64,000 bases of DNA, taken from Camelus dromedarius. Taxonomy: Eukaryota. Position 1 is the first letter of the stretch; each line of letters begins with the position of its first letter. This document shows positions 11,901-25,608 of this stretch, piece after piece. A model generated the notes under the pieces. The model did not search any database, was not told the DNA's origin, and saw nothing but the letters and a program-made list of their open reading frames with translations. A program made the position numbers and the translations under genes. The stretch is from assembly GCF_036321535.1 (NCBI RefSeq), contig NC_087437.1, forward strand, positions 104,410,001-104,474,000, written 5' to 3'.

Positions 11901-12714
11901 GTATTATGACACACACAAGGCTTACCTGAAGAATAGTTTAGAGAAAATCCTTAGTTATAATAAAAATGAGAAGATTGTCATTTATAATGAAAATAACAGA
12001 TATAGCAAGTAGTATTACTGATTAAATAAAGTATATTTTCACCTGTTTAAGAAAACAGAAAGAAGAAAATAATAAAGGAAAAAACCACAATCAGTAAAAC
12101 TGAAAGCAGAAAGACAATGAAGTAACTCAATGGAATCAAATCATGATTGTTTTTAGGACAATAAAATGTATAAATCCTTAAACCGATTGATTAGGAAAAG
12201 ACACAGGTGGCACAAATTACAAACATCTGTAACAGAAAGGGGGCTATCACCACAGATCCTAAGGACATTAAAGGGACAATCATGAAATATAGTAAACAAT
12301 TTTATTTGAATAAGTTTGTCAATTTTGATGGAATGGATACATGTCTGGGAAGATACAAACTATCAAAGGTTAATCAAGATGAAAAGAGAATACATAAAGT
12401 CCTAGCTATGTGGATAAAATTTAATTTTTTAGCTAAATATCTTACAACAAATAAAATTGAAATCCAAAAGGCATTAATTGCAAATTGTACCAAATGTTTA
12501 AGGAAAGAAATAATACCAGTTCTACACAGACCCTCCCAGAGCAGAGGAGAAATAAAATTGCGGTTCATTTTATAAAGCTGATTACCCTGATTCCAAAATC
12601 AGAAATTATAAGAGAGTAAACAGCAGAACAATATACTGCAAAAACATAAACACAAAAATCTTTAAAAAATCAAATCCATAAAGATACAAATATGATAATG
12701 CATCATCACCATTA

Positions 12715-13720
12715 GCTTGTATAAGAAGCAACCACTACTTCTAGGGCTGAGATAAAGCACCCATGAAAGACCTCCCACAAAATCTGAGATCCAGATTTTG
12801 TTTGACAAGACACTGCCATGGACTCCTGCATGGCAGGGAAGTTGTACAGTAATGTGCCCACGTAACTTGCTAGAAATCGACCCCATCTGGTGCCAGCAAA
12901 ATCTGGCCATGGGATTGGGTCTCCAGAGGGATGCCACTCCAAAACTCCTCAAGGTGGGTATCTGGGGAAGTTTTGGGTGCTCCTGCCATGGGGCAGTGTA
13001 GAACTCTAGAGCAAGGGAAGTTGCACGGGTTGGGTTTTGGAAATCTCCTGGGCTGCACATGCTAAGGGTTTGGTGATGGAAATTCTTCCCTTACTGCAGG
13101 AACCTGGTGCAAAAGAAGCTACACAGTCCATAGGAGCTTAATGCTAAAAATAACATCTATGCTTCAAGACTTTGGTGCAATAGGAGGTACGAATGCTATA
13201 GGAATCTGGTTCTCAATCATCAAACATGGCTACCAAAACTTGGTGAGATAGAAGCTGCATATGTTATAGAGCTTGGTGCTAGAAATATCACCTGTGCTGC
13301 CAGAAGCAGGTGGTAGGAAAATGAACATGTTAAGTACTTAGTGCTGAAAATACCGCCCATGTTGCAGAACCCTGGGGCAAGAGAAACTTCCTCTGCTGTA
13401 GAAGCTTGATGCTGGAAATACAACCCATGCTATAGGACCCTGATGTAAGAGGAGCTGCATATGCTGGAGAAGCCTGGTGTTGGAGAAGTTGCCCATGCTG
13501 CAGTTTCTGGGAGGCACATTATACACATTCTATGCTGGAGAAGCTAACCACACAATAGGAGACGGCTGCCAGAGCACATGGGAACCAGGAAGCAGAAAAA
13601 AAAAAAAAGAATGATTTCTTTGTTCAATGTCTACTCATGCCTTTTACTGACAAAGCTGAACAACACAACAGCTGGCAAATAAAAAAATATTTAAATGCCC
13701 AGATCCATTTTCTCAGAAGA
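12715..13720 (-). mobile_element. Old LTR (LTR78/79-like) containing a tandem array
   Basis: Non-L1 insert in L1 ORF2. ..CCTTTTACTGACAAAGCTGAACAAC..CAGCTGGCAAA..ATATTTAAATGCCCAGATCCA resembles LTR78-type sequence. Confidence 0.45.
13093..13505. repeat. Degenerate ~34-bp tandem repeat, about 12 units
   Basis: Units such as GCTGTAGAAGCTTGATGCTGGAAATACAACCCAT / GCTATAGGACCCTGATGTAAGAGGAGCTGCATAT / GCTGGAGAAGCCTGGTGTTGGAGAAGTTGCCCAT. Confidence 0.8.
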
Positions 13721-16700
13721 GAAAATATGGGAGATATTTATATCATCTATGCAAACCCTTTACTTGAAAGTTCAAAATATTTTAAGATAAATTAAAGATT
13801 TCAATAGAGAGATACAGTATATTGCTGAATTGGAACAGGCAATATTTTTATGATGTAATCCTTTCCCAGTTGACTTATAGATTCAACGTAATCACACCCA
13901 ATAGCTTAACAGGATTTTGTAGCAGTTGTCAAGTTGACTCTAATGTTTATAAGGAAATGCAAATGACCAAGGATAGCAAAATAATTTTGAAAAGGGAGGA
14001 CAAAGTAACAGGACATACACTGCTTTATTTCATGACTTATTATAAACTTACACCAGTAAATGTAGTATAGTTTTGCTGAGGAATAGACAAATATGTCAAT
14101 AAACAGAAAAGAAAGTTCAGAAAAAGGTAAAACAGTCTTTCAAAAAAATGATGTTAGAACAACTGGATATTCAAATGAAGAAACAAAAACAGAAGCAGAC
14201 AAACAAACAAACAAACAAAAAACCTTTGATCTTTATATTATGCTATATACACAAGCTAACTTGAAATGAATATTAGACTCAAATTAACCATTCAAATGCT
14301 AAGGTGTCTAGATAAAAACATATGAGATAAATCTTTACAAATTTGGGGTAGGCAAGGCTGAGACAGGATTAAAATTAATTAATTAATCAATTAACTAATT
14401 AATTTTGAAGTTAGAATTCACCAAAGTTATTTTTTCAAGGATAGTGTTAGGAAAATGCCAGTGGCAAGCCACAGAGTGGGGAAAAAAATATAATTGCAGA
14501 TGTATATCTTACAAAGGACTTTTATTTAGAATATAAAAAGACCTCTTTAAACTCAATAATAAGAAGACATATAGGAACCCAGTAAAAATGGCAAGAAAGT
14601 CAAACATTTAAAAATAAATTCAAATATATTTATATTGCTGAAAAACTGCTCAACAACGTAAAAGAAGAAATGCTGATACACTCAACAATATAGATGAATC
14701 TCAAAAACATTATGTTGACTGGGAAGAAGCTTGATTTCATTTATATGAAATTTCCAAAGAACAAAACTGAAAAAAGAAAAAAAAAAAGCAAAAAGAAAAA
14801 AAAGCAGATAAGTATTGTCTCTGGCATAGGATGGGAATGACTGACTTCAACTAGGTAGAAGTGATGGTTTTCAAGGTGACGGTTACATGTGAGCATTTGT
14901 CAAAACCCATTGAACTATATATTTAAAATGGTGCACAGCTATGAAGATTATTAACAAAAAGAAGCATTTCATCAACCTCATTATTTTAACATCTTTAGTT
15001 CTCAAAATAGCCTTTCTGCATGTGTTTTTTCAAGAATGTATCTCAGTCCAGTCATCAACAGGGTGGCCTACGTTTATCCTGTATCAGAGAATGAGCTCTG
15101 TACTGTAACACATATTTTAGTCTCTTTATATCAGGGGCTTTGTTTTGCTCATCCAGGATTTACTGTAAAGATTTCAGGTATCAAATATGAGCACTAGTTA
15201 TTCCAGGAAAGAACAGCAAAGATAGGAAAGAAACAATGACCTAAAGAATTTAGACGTTAAACTTTAGTCTTGTGTTAGTAGGAGAAAAAAGAAGAGAAAT
15301 CTGTAAGTGGAGTCCACTGCAGGAATTAATCAAGAGAAACCTTATTCAATAAGAAGAATGTTCTGATTTCTGTATTATTTTTGAGAAATCTTAATATGTG
15401 TAGGGTATTTTAGGATTATTTTTAATCACAAATACTTAAAATAGTATAATATTGTAATACTTAAAGAGGAATACTCTAGATAGCTGAGATATTTAATTTA
15501 TAAGAACTCATTCTGAAACAGTGACATGTAAGTATTAGATGAAGGCATACATTTAAATATTTAAATATATTGTGGAAAGCTTGACGTATTGATGCATAAA
15601 TACATCATTAAATAATGTAAACTGCTATGTGTGGTGTTAACTTTCCTAGACACTGTCACCTAACTCTTGAAGAATTAGAACTACAAGAACTAGCACAAAT
15701 GAAAGGTAATATGTTACCAAAAACTGGGTACAGCAGAAAAGTCAGGTAATTGAAATTAGACACTTTATTAAAATCATGGGTGATTCAGAGCCAATTAACC
15801 ATTTCAAGCTAAATGATACAATCCAAAGATAGCTGATGACAAACAAAATGTTAATCATCAACTTCTGGGTTTTTACTAGAACTCTCTCTGATGAATATAC
15901 AGAATGAAATTTCAATAGGAACTAGTCTAGATGAGCTCTTCTTTAAGGACACTTTGGTTTGGTCATATCTGGTGGAGGACATACCCTAATGCTGCTACTC
16001 ATAGTCTACATTTTCCTAACATGAAAAATTAAAGAGAAGCTGAATGGGATGGCAGTGACCGGATCCTCTGGTATTACTTCTTTCCAACTAGGCGATACCA
16101 TTCTGAACAGGTAGCAGGAGAAATGTGGATATTGGAGTTTTTAATTCCTTCAGGCATGTGAAGGAGATAAGAGAGGCAAAAAATGAATCTTGATATAATC
16201 CTTATTATTTAGAGTGGATAAGGTAAGGAAATCTGTTTTTCAAGTATTTAGTTGTCATATGTTATTTCATTAAATGGCTAGATCATATATATATTTTTAA
16301 AGATTATGCACCAATTTCCGATTCTTTTGTTATCCAGTATTTACTGATAATTACAGTAGTTCAGTTGAAAAAAATTTTGAATATAAAGAGTAGATCTGAT
16401 AAACATACAGACTGATGAGCTGTCAACTCCAGTCTCAGCATTCTGCTGCAGGAAAAATGCTTTCTTCGCCTCTATTAACTTGTCTTATTATCAGAATTGG
16501 CTCATAACTTCATAATTTTTTATTACAGACTTACAATTGATTATGATCCTCAATTATTTTGGTGCTCAAATTTTCCCAAAATTGAACATGGAGATCCCCT
16601 TGAAATTGGCCTCTGCAATACATTTTTAGTGAGATAGTTCAGTTGTTTTGTAAAAACTAAGTTGATACACAAATATGGTGACAGCAATGCCTGAGATAAT

Positions 16701-17369
16701 GCCAAGATTTTGCATTTTTGTTTGTTTCATTGTTTTTGAAAATCTTTCATGGCAAGGCTTCATACATATTAAAAAAAGAAAAATACCCTCTAGAAAGATT
16801 TTTAATTTTATACTCCACAATCCTGAATATTTTCTCCCATTATTCCTCAACTAATGTAGGTAAATAGTATTTCTCCAAATCTAATTGCAATTATTTATTT
16901 CCATGAGTAAAAAATTTATATGTTCAGAATCTCTTTTTGAATTGTTGCATGGAGGCCTTTTTCATAATTTATGTGCTTTTGATTTTTATATGGAAGATAT
17001 TTAACCAAGTAGTACCCTAGATCTGTTGATAGATATAAAGCTTCTCCTAATTTATAAATCAAATTAATGACATATTAAATGATTTGTGTTTTGTCAGGAG
17101 TTTTCCAAGGTATGTAATTCTACCTTTTCCCCATGATATCAACACTTAGTAACTGTCTCAAAATGAATGCAAACTTCATTTCAGTTTGGTCTTCCATTCT
17201 TTGGACATAGTATACTACACAAATTTACTATTTGTCAGAAAAAAATTACTGAATAAGTAGCATATAAAATTGTTTGCTTCATAAACTAATTTAATATCCA
17301 AACCATAGTTTTTAATACTTCAAAGAAATTGTTATCAAGATGAAGTAATGTAACGGTAAGACACGAAAT

Positions 17370-17545
17370 CTATCAGATCTGAGCAGAGCATTAACTTATT
17401 ATTTACTCCTGGAAACAAATGATCCTTTCCAGGCCTTAGTTACCTTATCTGAAAATAAATGATATTAGATTTTCCAATTGTTTAAATAAGTTACATATTA
17501 GTTAAAATCATGTCACTCCTAGTGCATATTGCAAATGAAATAATA
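17370..17545 (+). mobile_element. MIR SINE fragment
   Basis: Degenerate core ..GGCCTTAGTTACCTTATCTGAAAATAAATGATATTAGA. Confidence 0.45.
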
Positions 17546-18654
17546 ATTTCTTCTTGTACATATGTAATGGAATAAAACAAAAAATAAGTATATACTTGGC
17601 CTGAACTCGAGGCCATGGTTTTATGTGTAGTCCAGTAATCAACAGTCTTTAAAAAAATTTTGTCTAATTCTATTAGTTTGGGGAAAGTTTTTATAATGTG
17701 TATACTTTTTGAAGATTATTTCCTACTTGCTTTGAGTCTCTAACAATATTTTTCTAATATTTGTATAACCTTTTTATTATGTTTTTAAAACAATATATAC
17801 CATAACACTGAGAAGTTGACATGCCATTGCCTGAACTTACATAATGAAATTATGTTGATAGATTGCCAGAGATTCATTTACATCAATGCATATTCTGTTT
17901 ATATTTATATTAGAAACTCTCTCTGTATAAACATTTTTCAACATGAACTTTCTAATAATAGTCCTCCTGGAGCAGAATATCGTAATCTTATATAATTGGT
18001 ATTATATAAGAGCACCCTCCTGATAAAGCCATAATTCTAGGTTACAGCATCCCATCCTTGATGTAACTTTAAAGAAGAGAACATGCTGTGACAAAAATAA
18101 AATTCTTGAAAACACTTCATTAATTTGTTCCTTTGAGGTCATTTATATTTTCAGTTTATACAATGAGGGTTATCTTTCAAGCAGAAAGTCTGATAACACC
18201 TACTGCAAGCTTGACCTAATTAGAATCTGAAAGACAGCTTTTTAAAAATGCCCCTTTAACCTTGACCCAGGACAGTGGCCCACTATTTTAAGTCTGACTG
18301 TTAGAGCCCATAAGCAGTGTTTATTCCTCATTCTGACAGGGTCTTCATGCTGCACAAGTGAGAATGAAGAATACGTTAAGACAAGTCTTGAGTAAAAAGC
18401 AAAGCTACAAATTATGCAGTAAATTCCTTATTTTATAAATTACGTTCTGAAACATAGCTATTACAAATAAACATCAAGCATCTGTGAGTTGTGGGAGTAA
18501 TCGGTGAGATTAATGAACAAATACCTCTAAGGGATGTGGAAAAGTGAGATTGTCCCAGATTGACTTACTTGTATAAATGTTAATCTTTATGTTTATGTTA
18601 GTGAATTCTGGGCATGATGCAGAATAATTGTCACTGAACCTCTCATATCCTAGG

Positions 18655-18790
18655 TCCTAAGCTAAGTATTTTTTAATGTGATATATTCATTCCTAATGAC
18701 CTTGTAGAATAGGCATTGATCTTATTTTACAAATTAATAAAAAAGAACTATTTACCTGGGGTGAGCAAATAGTAGCAAGTTATAATGATA
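18655..18790 (-). mobile_element. MIR SINE fragment
   Basis: ..GCTAAGTATTTT..CATTCCTAATGACCTTGTAGAATAGGCATTGATCTTATTTTACAAATT. Confidence 0.4.
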
Positions 18791-20853
18791 GTCTACTTGC
18801 ATTAGAATGATGATTTTAATACTCTTGTGTTTCCTCTGTCTTGATAGCTATGCATAGTAATATTGAAAAATTCAATAACTTGAGTCTTACAAAAACAAAA
18901 AATGATGCTAAGTGACCTCAAATGTCCAATCAAAACTCTATGATTATAACTTTGAGTTTACTTTGTCTAACTCATATATAACCAAATGTAAATCATACAC
19001 ACTGCCCACCAAACCAAAACTTCAAGTAGTCAATAGATTATAATGAGAATATATATAATTAAGGTAGTTTTACTTGGACTTACCAATTGTAAATCATAAA
19101 GTGTATATATCATACTCAGTGGTTGCTCAATCAGATCACATAATCAGATCGATAATCTGTTATGTAAAGGTAGAAAATTCTCACATGCAAAAGGAACAAA
19201 ATTTGATCATGTTTATTGGAGAATACTTTAATTAGCCTATAAATTTGCATTTAAATGTAATAATAATATTATAAAAATTATTTTTCAGCACAGATAATAA
19301 TTTTCACCAAATTACAAAGTCATTTATTATAATAGAATTTATTCCTATTCCATTATTTTTTGTTTGCCTTTTTTCTCTAACCCAAAGTGGCTCCTCATCA
19401 CCCTATCAAAAAAATACTTTTTTTTCAAAAAGAAAAAATAAATACTAGTTTGCTTAGTATTGAAGCAATTACTGAGGAAAATTAATTAAGATTAATTTAT
19501 GACTGTCAATTATTGTGGTGTTGAGGTTTTTTCACCTCTAACAATTCCTTTCTACTCAATTATTTTGCCTCTGAAATGTTTTTAAAAGCATGTTTCTTAA
19601 TATTCTTCCTGTCAATATTTCACTTTGGAAAAGGAAATATAACCAAGTAACAGGCTATGTGTGGAAATACCTTAGGGAATAGAGTTCATGATTATGTTAT
19701 TTTAAAAAGCAAGATAAACAATAAGAACGTATATCTTGATGTTCAGGTACAGCACATGTTTTGAATAGTTATTAGGCTCTGGGCATTTAAAAATTTGTTG
19801 GCATCTATAAAATGTAGTGTATATGCAAGATAAAACATTGAATCAAAAGTAATTTATTCATCCCCATTCATTCCTCATAGTGTTTCTTAGAAGTAAAAGA
19901 ACCAGAAAGAAACAAGACACATTTTTTGATAAATTAGACTGATGAGCAGGATCAGTGAGAGACAAAACGTTTTCCAATGGACAAGAATATGTAGGGACAG
20001 GATGGTGGTGATGGTGATGACGTAGAATAGCTATTACAAAATCTAGAAGGACCCACTAGCAGCACATTTATTATCAGATACAACCAATCAAATCAAATAT
20101 TTTGGCATTGTATCAGAGGATGGAGAAAAGTAATGATAGGCAGCAGGTACCACTTACAACAGTAATCATTAAAGCAAATAAATAAAACAAATGGATCTGT
20201 TTTCTCTACTAAATATCTGACATTTAGTGAATAATTAGGATCATCTACGGATGGTGATGCAGGAATTTTGATAATCTGTCTTTTACAATACAAATATTTT
20301 TTGTTTCTTCTAACCTCAATACATCTTAATATGGAAATTATTTTATGATAATATCCATGGGAGGAATTGATTAGTATAGTCATTCTTTTAATGCTTCCTT
20401 TTAATTTTATTTTCTGGTGCTGTGTGTTTGTGCGCATGTTTGTGCATGTGTGGTTTTTCACAGATATGTAACTTGATATTCTGCTTCTTTTGTTGCCTTG
20501 AACTCACATACTATGCGGCTACCACTGGCTTAGGACTCCCATCAACAATATCATGTCACTATGCACTTGAAGTCATTCCTTTCTATTGATGATGCCCTCA
20601 AATATATTCTTACCTTGAGACCACCCTAGAATAACTATGCTTTCTACTTAGAAGCTATTGCATTTTTTTCTATATTCACTGGCATGATTTCTCTTCTATA
20701 TTATTTGATTATCTCCCTATTTTTGCTAAACTGTTGTCCTCTAGGACATGCATAAAAGTCAAATGACTTTTGGAATTGACTAACATTGACATGTCTTCTA
20801 TATTGATTACAACCAGATTGATTCTATATCATTCATTAGTGATGACATTTCAT

Positions 20854-21330
20854 TGTGGTGGCTTGTGGCCACAAGTTATTTCAAAATTCTCCTTGAGATG
20901 TGATATCTAATTCACTTACCCATTATTCCATTATTCTGTACTGGCCTTAGTGACTTGCTTGACTAATCAAATATGATAGAAGTGAATCCCGGAGCTTCCA
21001 AGACTAGGTCACACAGATACCTGAAGCCACAGTCTGGGCCCCTAAAAAGGCTCGGTTTTGGAGCCATGATCCGTCATGTACATTAAACTAACTTGATAGG
21101 GAGGCTACATCAGAGGTCCTGAGATGACATGAATTAGAGGGAGGGGCCTAGCCGAGCTGAGACTTGGAGACAACTCTGTCAAAGAGTCATGCAGCTGACA
21201 GAAGTGATTTTAGAGCCTATAGGAAATCTTTAGCTGAAGCATCTCCCAGCCAAGTCCTACCTGAATTTGTTGCCTATGAATATATAAGATATGATAATTT
21301 TTTGTATTAATTAAGTTTAAATTGATTAGT
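20854..21330 (+). mobile_element. MaLR solo LTR, MLT1H-like
   Basis: TGTGGTGG..TGGCCACAAGTTATTT..CTGGCCTTAGTGACTTGCTTGACTAATCAAATATGATAGAAGTGA..CTTCCAAGACTAGGTCA. Confidence 0.7.
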
Positions 21331-23059
21331 AATTTCTTCTATGTGCCTGGAAAGCGAAACAGATAGGGAACCAGAGAAGCATGGTTTCTGCCTCAAAACT
21401 GTGTTCAGAACAATGTATAATCCATGCCTGTGAGTCACAAAAATTAATGTTGGTTTATTCCCAGTCTTAAAACTTTATATGCATTTATTCAGAAAAAATA
21501 AGCTATGCAATTAAATCTCATTTATCTTTTAAAATATAAGTACAGGATTTCACCTATTTTGCAAAAGTTGTTACAAGTCAGTCAATACCTTTCTCTTTCA
21601 CAAGGGCAGATCCAGGGCATTTTCTTCCCATGAGTCAAAATAATTCTTAAAAGTCCAGAATATCAAAAGTGTATTTTGTATGTATTTTTATTTAAGTTTC
21701 AAAGTAGGCTCTTATGATAAAAGGATCTCTCCTGGTATCTGAAATTTTCCCCTGCCAGATTTGATTTAGCTTATGTGACATGATTTTATGGCATCTCAAT
21801 GTGGATTAGAAATCATTTTCAAAGTCAGAAGTAACTTATTCTAACTATTTCTGTCATTCATCATCATTTTAAGTCTCTCTTGAGTAAACTGCAATTTATA
21901 CCAAATTGTACAATATGGTTTGGGGATGTCTGATATTATCTAGAGGAGGGTAAAACACAAACTGTCCAGCTCTTTTAAATTAGGGTTTTGTGTAGGATAT
22001 GCGTTACAGTAAAAACATTAAACAAAATTTGCAATTGACTGGAGACTTGAATAAGAATTATTGATACAGCCAGTTTACCTGATATGCTGAATCTCGTATA
22101 GATTCATCCAAAAAATATAAAATTCATCTGGAATTCTAATATTCCAAGTTTATTTACTACTTCAAGATTTAATCTAGAATAAAAACAGGGGAAAAGTTTG
22201 ATACTGGAATTAATCATATGGTGCAATGAATTCAAAATGCCTCAATGAATTTTAAATTATTTTTCTTCTGCTATGTATTAGAATTACTATGGCATATTTA
22301 TTTTTATTCATTTTTTTAAAGTATAAACATTGCATATGTAAGAAAGCTGCTTCTGGATTTATTAGAGAAGTAAAAGATTATTAGTTAATGTATATTAGAT
22401 GAAAACATTGTATTTAATATTTACTAGAGTAAATCATTATTGCCACCAATAAGTACTATAAGAATAGGAAAATAATGAAAAAAAATCATCTGTTTTGAAT
22501 GGATAAAAAGCTTTATGAGAATCAAGACCACATCATATTATAAGCTTAGTGACAAGGCACTCTAAAAGATGAGTTGAAGTAGAGGCTTTTCCCTTGGGGT
22601 GTTGACAGATCTGTGTTGTGCAAGAGGCTGAGAACGCACACTTGGTTTCAGTAGAGGGTTTTGATGGAGGGAGTGAAGAACCTGACAGCCTCATTAAACA
22701 GGAGTGATAAAACTGAACACTTAATGTGCCTAAATATTTGACCAAACCCCTACTCTGTCCCTGCTCCAAAGATTGGTCGAGGGTTGGAGTCTAAACATTT
22801 AAGCACTAAAATAAGTCCTATGGACAATTTTTCAGTCTAGAGGTTTAAAGGGCCTTTTTAGATGCCAAAAAGATCAATCTAACAATAAAACAGGACACTC
22901 CTAAATCTTTGTATATTCAATGACATAATTTCAAAATATTTTAAGTGGAATTTGACGTAATAAAAAGGAGATACAGACAAAGCCATAATCAGATAGAAAT
23001 ACGGCAACATACTTCTCTCAGTAGCTAAGAAGACAAGGAGACAAAAGTGTCAACAAGGA

Positions 23060-23363
23060 GAGCAGACCCTCAGTACATGGAGGGGGCTGGTGCCAGGACC
23101 CTGAGGACATCAAAATCTGAAGACGCTCAAGTCCCTTATATAAAATTATATTTGCCTATAACCTATGCAAATCCTCTTGTAACTTTGAATCATTTCTAGA
23201 TTACTTATGATACCAAATACAGTATAAATGCTATGCAAATAGTTCCCAGCACACTGCAATTAAAGTTTCACTTTTGGAAGCTTTCTGGACTTTTTTCCAG
23301 ATATTTTCAATCTGTGGTGGGTTGACTCTGCAGATTCGAAACTTGAATACAGAGGACTGACTG
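23060..23363 (+). mobile_element. MER2-like (TcMar-Tigger) non-autonomous DNA transposon
   Basis: ..GGTGCCAGGACCC..CAAAATCTGAAGACGCTCAAGTCCCTTATATAAAA..ATTTGCCTATAACCTATGCA..CTAGATTACTTATGATACC.. ending ..ATACAGAGGACTGACTG followed by TA. Confidence 0.85.
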
Positions 23364-23655
23364 TATATGGTATATCTGACCTAATAGATTATCAAATTGA
23401 GCAGATTTATATATTATGTATACACGTGCACACACACAAAATATGCTTTTAAAGCTATATATACAAAAATGAAATAATTCACATTCCTTAAAAATGTACA
23501 TGGAACACTTGTCAAAACACTTACCAAAATCTATTATAAACAGGGCCATAAATAAAACTACAATAAATTATCTGTAATGTTTTCTCCGACCTCATTGGTA
23601 TTAAGCTAGCAAACATAAAACAAATTCTGCAAATTAAAGAGTAGACATTTATGAC

Positions 23656-24130
23656 ACTTATAGGCTGAATTGTCTCCTCCTCAAATTCCTGTGTTGAATT
23701 TCCAAGCCCAGTGCCTCAGAATGTAACTATATTAGGAAATGAGGCCTTTAAAAAGGTAATTCAGGTTAAATAAGGTCATATGGCTGTAACTGTATTTAGA
23801 AATAGGGCATTTAAACAGGTAAGTTAGGCTGAAGACAATAAGGTGAGGAACTAATTCAAAATGACTAGAGTCTGTGTAAGATGAGACAAAGAGAGACCAC
23901 AGGCAACGTGTACAGATCAACCACCATGTTAAGAGGCAGCAAGGGCGTCTACATCTGTAAGCCAAGGAGAGAGGTGTGCAACAGGCCACACACGGTCTTT
24001 GGAGGAAATCCACCTTGTTGGCGCACTGATTTTGGAATTCCACCTTCCAGAGGTGTGAGAAGATCAATTCTGTTGTTTAACCTACCCAGTCTGTAGGAAT
24101 TTGCTATGACAGCCCTAGCAAACCAAGACA
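23656..24130 (+). mobile_element. MaLR solo LTR, MLT1B-like, with an internal duplication
   Basis: TTATAGGCTGAATTGTCTCCTCCTCAAATTC..GTGCCTCAGAATGTAACT.. to ..GCAGCCCTAGCAAACCAAGACA-type terminus. Confidence 0.85.
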
Positions 24131-25132
24131 AAAAACATTTCTTATACAAAGAGGAAAGAGTAACAAAATTAAAATTAAAACAATAAGGTAAATAATAATA
24201 AAGATTAGCCATATAAAAGATAGTAAGATGAAACTACAGCAGTCTTCAAGGAAAATTCCTAACAAAAGTACATTTATTAGAAAAAATAAAGTTGAGTATC
24301 AGTAACTAAAGGCTTTTATCTCAAAAACCTAGCAAAGTACAGAAAATCATATGTAGTAAACATAGAAAATAAGAAACTACAAAGAGCAGGACAAATGAGA
24401 CATCTTTATGTTTCTCTCCATCTGTATGTTTATACGTGTTCTCTATCTATCCATCCATCTGTATTAGAAATATTAAAGCAAGCTACAAGTCCGATCTTTG
24501 ACTATGTCAATAAAATTCATAAGCCTTTATCAAGACAGATTAAGAGAAAAAGTGTAAGTGGGAAAAAAATTACCAGTCTCAGGAATTAGAAAGTAATATT
24601 TAAACAGATCTACAGACCTAAATCGCACAATAATGGCTATTATGAAAAATGTTATGCGAAAAACTGTGACAATTTAGGTAAAATGGATAAATTCTTAAAA
24701 CCAACTGAAGCTGAAAAGGAAATCTTAATAATCCAATATCTGTTAAAGGAATGGAATCTATCTTTCCAAAACTTATAAATAAGAAACCCTTGTCACAAGT
24801 GACTTTCCTATATATGGGAAAAGTAACACCAATATTACATGAACATTTCAGGAGAAAAGAAATTGAAATAAAGATACTTCTCAACTATTTTTATGAGACC
24901 AAAATTATCTTAATATGCAATCCAAAAAAGGATATTACAGGAAAGAAGAATCAGCAACCTATCTGCCTCTTGTTAGAGTTGATTTGAAATCTTAAACATT
25001 GAAAATTGAGTTTGGTGTTAAATAGGAAAATTTGAGATATCACAACCAAAGTAAAGATGAGAGTATAAATGTTGGATTAAAAAATACTATATAGTACAGA
25101 TATTAGTTAATTATCCCTAACTGTTGTGATGA

Positions 25133-25608
25133 TGTCAACACAAATAATCAATGAACAATCAATAATAAGGAACAGAAAAGAGTTTTGTTTGAGCCCAGCT
25201 GAGGACAAGCCCGACGGTAGTCCAGAGACCATGATTTTTAGCACAGTTTTATACCTTGTCAGAACCAAAAATATACATCAAATATGACAGGGATACATTC
25301 CTTCAAGGTTTCAACAGAGACATATAATCACAAATTAACATGAAAACAGTGAGACATCATGACCCTGCCTTCTGGGAAGGGAACCTTATCTTTAAATTCA
25401 TTAAATGAGTAATATAGCATTGACTTAATGGAGGAGAGGTAGTTCTCCCTATCTTCAAGATGGACGTTCTTTAATTGTTAAAGCAGATGTACCATGTATG
25501 TTTGACAGACCATAAGTGAGGCTGCTTTAGTTCACATAAATTTCAGGCCAAATCATGTATGAGGGAATGGCTTTCCCATACAGCAATATGTGAAAATTTT
25601 TTCCATCA
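25133..25608 (-). mobile_element. ERV1-type solo LTR (MER41-like architecture)
   Basis: TGTCAACA...TTCCATCA termini, flanks ATGA/ATGG (3/4 TSD), inserted in L1. Confidence 0.7.

Larger units (their letters stand above)
12030..14960 (+). mobile_element. Decayed LINE-1 (ORF2 and 3' end), interrupted by an LTR at about 12715-13720
   Basis: ORF 12207-12575 (QITNICNRKGAITTDPKDIKGTIMKYSKQFYLNKFVNFDGMDTCLGRYKLSK) and ORF 13822-14070 (ILSQLTYRFNVITP..SKIILKREDKVTGHTL..FMTYYK) match L1 ORF2p. L1 3' UTR motifs near 14670-14940. Confidence 0.85.

Noticed and set aside
12207..12575. 122-aa ORF as a gene
   Set aside because: Decayed L1 ORF2 fragment. The same applies to ORFs 13822-14070, 24751-24987, 60356-60730 and 61211-61441.
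13093..13505. Regularly spaced ~34-bp units as a possible CRISPR array
   Set aside because: The units are head-to-tail and degenerate along their whole length, with no invariant repeat plus unique spacer pattern, no cas genes, and a mammalian context.
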